DNA from: Candidatus Cloacimonadales bacterium
GTDB taxonomy: Bacteria; Cloacimonadota; Cloacimonadia; Cloacimonadales; JAIOQZ01
Reading direction: 5' to 3'
DNA: 64,000 nucleotides
Assembly: GCA_963662655.2 (NCBI GenBank)
Contig: CAXXTU010000002.1
Span: forward strand, 2,368,001 to 2,432,000
Below the pieces are notes generated by a model that was not told the DNA's origin, did not search any database, and worked only from the letters and a program-made list of their open reading frames with translations. Shown here piece after piece: positions 58,257-64,000 of the stretch. The position numbers were made by a program, and so were the translations under genes. Within the stretch, counting starts at the first letter, position 1. Each line of letters begins with the position of its first letter.

Positions 58257-58892
58257 ATGGTGAAAGACAGAATTATCCAGAGAGCCAAAGAGCTATTTCT
58301 CAAGTTTAATTACTCCCGCGTAACCGTGGACGAAATCTCGAACGACTTGGGAATCAGTAAGAAGACCCTGTATAAATATTTTCCGAGCAAAGAGAAGCTG
58401 TTGTTTCAGGTTCTTAACATGATGTTCAAGACCATCGAGAAGGAGGTTATGGATATTGTCGATAACAAGGACAAGGAATACCTCGACCGACTGATCGACA
58501 TCATGGCTTTCATGGGCGAGAAGACGACCCTCTTTCAATCACCGCTGGTGAAAGAGATACAGAAAAGGTTCCCCGACCTGTGGGCCGAAATCAATCGATT
58601 CCGAAAAGACAAAATACGCATATATATGGGAAAAATCCTTCAGGAGGGTATATGGAAAGGTGTTTTTCGCGAGGACACCAACATTGACCTCCTCATTCAC
58701 ATCTACTACAATCTTGCTTTAACGTCGATCAACCCGGAATTCCTGGCGGAACACGCCGTAACGGCCAACCAGGTATTTGATGAGATCATAACCATCCTTT
58801 TCGAAGGTGTTCTCACGGATGAGGGGAGAGAGCACGTGAAGGAGATTCGAAAGGGAATAACAAGCAGATTCAATATTGATAAGGAGATATAA
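58257..58892 (+). CDS. TetR/AcrR family transcriptional regulator
   Basis: 'VTVDEISNDLGISKKTLYKYFPSKEKLL'. Confidence 0.95.
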   Translation: MVKDRIIQRAKELFLKFNYSRVTVDEISNDLGISKKTLYKYFPSKEKLLFQVLNMMFKTIEKEVMDIVDNKDKEYLDRLIDIMAFMGEKTTLFQSPLVKEIQKRFPDLWAEINRFRKDKIRIYMGKILQEGIWKGVFREDTNIDLLIHIYYNLALTSINPEFLAEHAVTANQVFDEIITILFEGVLTDEGREHVKEIRKGITSRFNIDKEI

Positions 58893-58894
58893 TC

Positions 58895-60352
58895 ATGAGA
58901 TTCAGCGTTTCGGCAATCATAATATTAGCAATGTTATTGACAGCATTCGGCTGTAGCGACAGCAGCAGCGGAAGCAGTGGAGGATCGAGCGGCAACACCG
59001 ACCTGGTTGGGATGTGGAACATCACGTCCTATTCCGATGAAGACGGAGTGGGAGACTACTCCGGATGGATCGAGTTCGTGGACGATGGAACCTTCGAAAC
59101 CGAGCTCCTGGACGCGGACAATTACTACACGTACGTGATCAGCGGAACATGGAGCGCTTCGAGCACAAACCTTACCACCGTCATCGAAGAAAGTAACGAT
59201 CTCTGGATGCCTGAAGGAACCTACACCTGGAACTACACCATCAATAACAACACGCTCGCAATGGATATAACCGTTGACGGCGATCATATCGAGATGACCT
59301 TCATCGAAGACACCTCCAACGAAACCGGCTCGCTGACCGGCATCGTTTCGGAAGCTGCGCGCGATGGAATCGAGGGTGTGCTTGTGAGTGTCGTGAATTC
59401 CGGCAAAACAGCCACCACCGCCTCCGACGGGAGCTACACCGTTTCGGGAATCCCCATCGGCGCATACGACGTCACGTTCTCGAAATCCGGATGGGTTACC
59501 GTGACGGAACCGGGGATCCAGATCGTGAAAGACCAGTCCACAAATCTTGATGTGCAAATGCAGCAAGGAAGCAGTGGCGTGGGTAGTATGGAAGGTTACG
59601 TGATGGACGCCTCAAATCTCGTTGCCCTTGCAGGGGCAACCATTGAGCTGGATGGAACGTCTCTTTCAACAACCTCCGATGCGAACGGTTACTACCTGCT
59701 GAGCAATATCCCAGCAGGCGATTATCTTGCAGTATGCAGCAAAACCGGCTATAATACATCAGATACATACGTTTCTATCACTGACGGCGAGGAAACTACA
59801 ACCGATTTTACCATGATTGAAGAAGGAAACGAACCGTATGCAATCCTTTCAGGCAATATAACTTGCGCTGGACACGGCACGCCGATCAACAATGTCGTGA
59901 TAACTGTCGGGGAAGTCGGCGGCGGTATTACCGATGAAAACGGCGATTACGAAGCGATGGTTCTTGGCGAGGGGACGTACGATGTAACATTCTACAAGCT
60001 CGGGTTCGAGCCCTACACCGAAACCGGCGTAACATTTACCATCGGTGAAACGGTTGATCTGGACGTCCAACTGACCATGTACGAAGAAACCACGACGAAC
60101 AATTTCCAGGTATTCGTATCCAAAGACGACCTCACCCCCATCCAGGGCGCGACCGTTACCCTCGAAGGCACATCGTACACCGGCACCACCAACCTTCTTG
60201 GGCTCTGCACGTTCAATGATGTCCCCGTGGGCCCCTATCAGATTTCCGTCACCAAAACTGGATATCAATCGATCACCGGACGCTACGTCTATGTATATTC
60301 CTATCAAAGCACACCTGCAGCCGTTAACATTACACTGGAACCAAGTAGATAG
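58895..60352 (+). CDS. Lipoprotein with lipocalin-like domain and four carboxypeptidase-regulatory-like repeats
   Basis: Lipobox AFGC, 'LVGMWNI', repeats of 'G...G.V.......I.G..V.......T...G.Y....IP.G.Y.V..SK.G'. Confidence 0.8.
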   Translation: MRFSVSAIIILAMLLTAFGCSDSSSGSSGGSSGNTDLVGMWNITSYSDEDGVGDYSGWIEFVDDGTFETELLDADNYYTYVISGTWSASSTNLTTVIEESNDLWMPEGTYTWNYTINNNTLAMDITVDGDHIEMTFIEDTSNETGSLTGIVSEAARDGIEGVLVSVVNSGKTATTASDGSYTVSGIPIGAYDVTFSKSGWVTVTEPGIQIVKDQSTNLDVQMQQGSSGVGSMEGYVMDASNLVALAGATIELDGTSLSTTSDANGYYLLSNIPAGDYLAVCSKTGYNTSDTYVSITDGEETTTDFTMIEEGNEPYAILSGNITCAGHGTPINNVVITVGEVGGGITDENGDYEAMVLGEGTYDVTFYKLGFEPYTETGVTFTIGETVDLDVQLTMYEETTTNNFQVFVSKDDLTPIQGATVTLEGTSYTGTTNLLGLCTFNDVPVGPYQISVTKTGYQSITGRYVYVYSYQSTPAAVNITLEPSR

Positions 60353-60362
60353 ATTTTCCGAT

Positions 60363-60390
60363 TGAGCCGGTTGCGCTTGCTTCCGGCTCA
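60363..60390 (+). terminator. Intergenic hairpin (possible terminator or stabiliser)
   Basis: TGAGCCGG/CCGGCTCA with a weak U-tract. Confidence 0.45.
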
Positions 60391-60413
60391 CTTCGAACTT
60401 TAGGAGAAGAACC

Positions 60414-62537
60414 ATGATATCCACGCATACGATCATGACCCTTTTGTGCCTATTTTTAGCCCTGAATGCGATTCAGGGAATTGAAATCGATGGCCGCCTC
60501 AGGATGGAAATCCAGACGAAAGAGCAATTCAATCACAATGAGATCAGCCAGTTACCATCATTTATAAGTTCATCCAGAGATTCTGAAACCCAGGTGATCT
60601 ATCTTCACTTCATCGAGAAACCCTCGTCACAGCTTCGCAGTCAAATCGAGAGCGCCGGCGTGGAAATCCTGCCCCATCCCTGGATACCCCCGACATTAAA
60701 CCATCCCACCGGATTCCTGACGGCACGCATGTCCGCCAGAACGGATGTGCTGAATCGAATCGCGGAAATCCCCCAGATCCGGCGCATCAATTCGGCGGAG
60801 CGCATCTACAAATTCCAGAACGATCGTGCAGCCATCCATACCGGTTCGGCCGAAGTGTGGGAATCTCCTTGGAATACCACGGGTGAAGGCGTCAAAATCG
60901 CTGTCATCGATTCAGGTTTCCAGCTCGACAACGCCGATTTCAACGATCCGCTGATCGCCATCGACTACAGCGACTACCCCGACACGAATTTCACCGTCGA
61001 TAACAGCACCACCGGAACCGGGCACGGAACGCACGTGGCCGGAACCATCGTAGGCCAGGGAACCAACAGCGGTGGCGTATGGAAGGGAATGGCTCCCGGA
61101 GCGGACTGGATCGCGCTGAAGATCGGCGCGGAAAACACGGGCGCGATCCACGAAGAAGCATTGATTTATGCCATCTATGCCGCCGGATTCTACCACGATG
61201 CGGATTTCATCAACATGAGCCTCAGTGGCTGGGGAGAATACAACGACGGCAGCAGCGAGATCGATCAAGTCGTCGATCTGGTATGGGAAGAGACCGATTG
61301 CATCTCCGTATGCGCCATCGGCAACGAAGGCTACAAGAGATACCATTATTCCGGCTATCTGGCCGCTGGGCTGGAATCGGATTTCATCGCCGTCGACTAC
61401 GCGGATTCCTCCGACATGCGGGACTTCATCTACAACTACAACCTCGTGTGGTACGATGGCGAGGATATCGAGGTTCAAAAGGAAATGACGTTCGAGTTCT
61501 TCAACCACAACTACGATCCGCTCAACTTCCAGCAGATATGGGAGATGACGCAATCGCCCCGAGGAACCCAGTCCCGATTCGCAACGGCAACGGTACTCAC
61601 CAACAACGAATTTTACATCAAGGTGCACAACAACTCCGATGTCGGGCTTACGTACCACCTCTATTGCCTGTCGTCAAACGGTGAATTCGCAGTGGACGAT
61701 CCGTATTACACAGTGGGAAGCCCGGCGACTGCGGATCATGCTGTCGCTGTGGGGTCCTGGGTAACGCGCCGGGAATACATGAACTGGGAAGGTCTGATCG
61801 TAGGCAGCACCATCAATGTCGAGAACGAACTCGCGCCATACTCGAATCGCGGCCCACGCGTCGACGGAGCGCTCAAGCCCGATTTCTGTGCTCCGGGGAG
61901 TCAGCTCATTTCCGTTCGCGACGACGATGCCTGGGGCGGTCCACCATTCGGCCTCTACACGATCTTCGTCATCAGCAACTCCTATGCTACAGACCCCGGC
62001 GGATACGGCCAGCCCTGCGACTACATGGCGCTGGAAGGAACTTCCATGGCTACGCCGGCAGCTTGCGGTGCGATAGCGCTTCTCAAATCCTATGCTCCGG
62101 AACTGGGCAAGGAGGAGCTTCTCGATATCTTGTATAATTCAGCTCGCGACGACGAATACACAAGCGCCGTGCCCAACGACGATTGGGGCTACGGAAAAAT
62201 CGATGTAGAAGCGGCGGTGGAATCGATCGCTTCCGCAGATGATTCCGCAGTCGCGCCTGCTAACATAAAACTGCTCCCGAACTACCCGAATCCCTTCAAC
62301 CCGACGACAACGATCGAGTTCAGCATCCCGCAAGACGGCCACGCAGTACTGAAGATATACAACATTCGCGGACAGCACGTGAAAACGCTTCAGAACGCCA
62401 TGCTCGAAGCCGGTGAATACAGCATGGTCTGGAATGGAACGAATGAGCGGAACGTCCCCGTTTCCAGCGGGATATACTTCAGTCGCCTCGAAGCAGGCGA
62501 CTCGGTTCGCGTGCAAAAAATGGTACTGATGAAATAA
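60414..62537 (+). CDS. S8 (subtilisin-like) serine peptidase with internal insertion and FlgD-Ig/T9SS-like C-terminal domain
   Basis: Catalytic triad 'IAVIDSG', 'GHGTHVAG', 'GTSMATP'; oxyanion 'GNEG'; C-terminal 'YPNPFNPTT...KMVLMK'. Confidence 0.93.
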   Translation: MISTHTIMTLLCLFLALNAIQGIEIDGRLRMEIQTKEQFNHNEISQLPSFISSSRDSETQVIYLHFIEKPSSQLRSQIESAGVEILPHPWIPPTLNHPTGFLTARMSARTDVLNRIAEIPQIRRINSAERIYKFQNDRAAIHTGSAEVWESPWNTTGEGVKIAVIDSGFQLDNADFNDPLIAIDYSDYPDTNFTVDNSTTGTGHGTHVAGTIVGQGTNSGGVWKGMAPGADWIALKIGAENTGAIHEEALIYAIYAAGFYHDADFINMSLSGWGEYNDGSSEIDQVVDLVWEETDCISVCAIGNEGYKRYHYSGYLAAGLESDFIAVDYADSSDMRDFIYNYNLVWYDGEDIEVQKEMTFEFFNHNYDPLNFQQIWEMTQSPRGTQSRFATATVLTNNEFYIKVHNNSDVGLTYHLYCLSSNGEFAVDDPYYTVGSPATADHAVAVGSWVTRREYMNWEGLIVGSTINVENELAPYSNRGPRVDGALKPDFCAPGSQLISVRDDDAWGGPPFGLYTIFVISNSYATDPGGYGQPCDYMALEGTSMATPAACGAIALLKSYAPELGKEELLDILYNSARDDEYTSAVPNDDWGYGKIDVEAAVESIASADDSAVAPANIKLLPNYPNPFNPTTTIEFSIPQDGHAVLKIYNIRGQHVKTLQNAMLEAGEYSMVWNGTNERNVPVSSGIYFSRLEAGDSVRVQKMVLMK

Positions 62538-62548
62538 GTGGAGGACAA

Positions 62549-64000
62549 ATGAAACACACGATCAAATCAATGACAGTCTGCCTGCTGTTCGTTTTGTGCG
62601 CATTTCCACTTCTCGCACAAACCAACTATCTAATCGACAACACGGGTTCAGGAGATTTTCTCTCCTTCACTGAAGCCATCAACTTTCTGAACGGTCTCGA
62701 TTTCATTCCTGCGGGTGGTCTTCGATTCCAGGTCACTTCAGGTCAGGATTTTTACGAGAATCCGCCCATGATATTCAATATCGAAGGCACCTACGATAGC
62801 CCCGTGATCTTCTCCGCGACATCTGTCGGCGGTGGGAACCACCCAACGATATACATCAATGAAACCTTTGGTGTCGCATTACAGATCGCCAACAGCAGCT
62901 ACATCGAGATCAACGGGATTAAAATCGCCGATCCGATTCCGACTGACGAATTCAATTATCAAACCGGCATCTACATCCAGGACGAATCCGGAGAGGTGAG
63001 CACCAGCAACATTACCGTACGGAATTGCTTTATTTCAAATGCCGCCTTTGCCGGTATCTTCAACCGGGTACGAACCAGCGGAATCCTGATTCAGGACAAC
63101 TACGTCGAAATGACGGCCGACTACTATTATGCCCATGCAGGGTTGCAGGTGTGCGGTATCCGGCAAAGCGCATCGACAGCCTACAACGCAGTCATCGAGA
63201 GGAACACCATCTATCTGCCGCAGCCGAGTACGATATCGAATGCGCCTTCGGCCATCTACGTAGCATGCGGCTCCGTCGCCAACAACATGATCTACGCGTG
63301 GAACGAGAACGACATGAAGCGCGGAATCGAGGTCGGCGTGAATAACTCGACGTCCAGCGTCTATGTATACCACAACACGATCGTGTTGGCCGGTGGAAAC
63401 GCGACGGCCGGAAGCTACTGCCTCTACGCCTATATGGCGGCAGGATCGCATCTCACCGCTCGCAATAATATCTTCATCAACGATTGTCTGGATATGTCAG
63501 GAGCGTACAATCAGGCTGTCCGGATCAACGACCTGGACGCAACCTATGACCTGGATGAAAACATTTACTACTGCCGGAACGCATTGAGCGGCTTCTACGG
63601 CCAGTGGGGTCCCGACGAATACAACGATAAAATATACTCCTTCGCCACATGGCAATCCACAACCGGACAGGACGCGAATTCCTATTGTATGGATATTCCA
63701 CTCGTCGATGAAGAAGCCGGGGATCTTCACCTGACCCACGCCGCAGCTCTCATTCCCGAATTGCAAAGCGATTACTATAATTGCTCCGGCGACATGGATA
63801 TCAACATTCGCTTTGTCTATTACAAGGGCTGCGATGAATACTTTGACGTGCCATACGGTGGCGACCTTTACATCACTGAGGTATCGGACAATCGGTCGGG
63901 TGCGAACAGCGGTTCATCCTATCTCGAGTTGGCCAACATCCGGCCATTCTCTCTCGATCTGGGCAATCTCCAGATTCTTCGAGGCGTGGACAACGGCGGC
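62549..64000 (+). CDS. Secreted right-handed beta-helix protein with lamin-tail-like domain (partial, runs off window end; absent from ORF track)
   Basis: GGAGGA RBS and ATG 62549; my translation gives a signal peptide, 'GSGDFLSFTEAI', 'YIEINGIKI', 'NITVRNC.I', 'YHNTIV', 'RNNIF', 'GDLYITEVSDN...SYLELAN'. Confidence 0.75.
   Translation, partial: MKHTIKSMTVCLLFVLCAFPLLAQTNYLIDNTGSGDFLSFTEAINFLNGLDFIPAGGLRFQVTSGQDFYENPPMIFNIEGTYDSPVIFSATSVGGGNHPTIYINETFGVALQIANSSYIEINGIKIADPIPTDEFNYQTGIYIQDESGEVSTSNITVRNCFISNAAFAGIFNRVRTSGILIQDNYVEMTADYYYAHAGLQVCGIRQSASTAYNAVIERNTIYLPQPSTISNAPSAIYVACGSVANNMIYAWNENDMKRGIEVGVNNSTSSVYVYHNTIVLAGGNATAGSYCLYAYMAAGSHLTARNNIFINDCLDMSGAYNQAVRINDLDATYDLDENIYYCRNALSGFYGQWGPDEYNDKIYSFATWQSTTGQDANSYCMDIPLVDEEAGDLHLTHAAALIPELQSDYYNCSGDMDINIRFVYYKGCDEYFDVPYGGDLYITEVSDNRSGANSGSSYLELANIRPFSLDLGNLQILRGVDNGG

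Overview
Chromosomal window from an anaerobic FCB-group bacterium, most likely Cloacimonadota. This is inferred from four secreted proteins ending in the 'YPNPFNPxT...IYNxRGQxV' FlgD-Ig/T9SS-like C-terminal domain. Core content: a TetR-TolC-MFP-AcrB efflux operon, mreBCD-mrdA-rodA, class III ribonucleotide reductase (nrdD-nrdG), a YcaQ-like glycosylase, a PTS EIIA protein with two CPA2 antiporters, a CpoB/PilT/PilMN/PilO/secretin cluster, an ABC-2 exporter and secreted S8/C11 proteases. A DnaA-box cluster at ~49.4-49.8 kb is a candidate oriC with no dnaA nearby. The most unusual region is ~34.0-42.8 kb. It holds four tandem Desulfovibrio-type flagellins, each with a paired CsrA-type leader site, followed by a ~430-nt highly structured non-coding 3' region that also faintly echoes the flagellin C-terminus. 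Downstream are a FliB/YkgJ-like protein, two GT2 glycosyltransferases and a second ~300-nt multi-branched structured element. Separately, a rod-shaped element with compensatory base changes occurs twice (28.2 kb and 55.0 kb), and a soluble-adenylyl-cyclase/STAND/TPR gene shows a compositional break at its TPR array. All calls are by eye from the sequence and ORF track; no database searches or folding programs were run.
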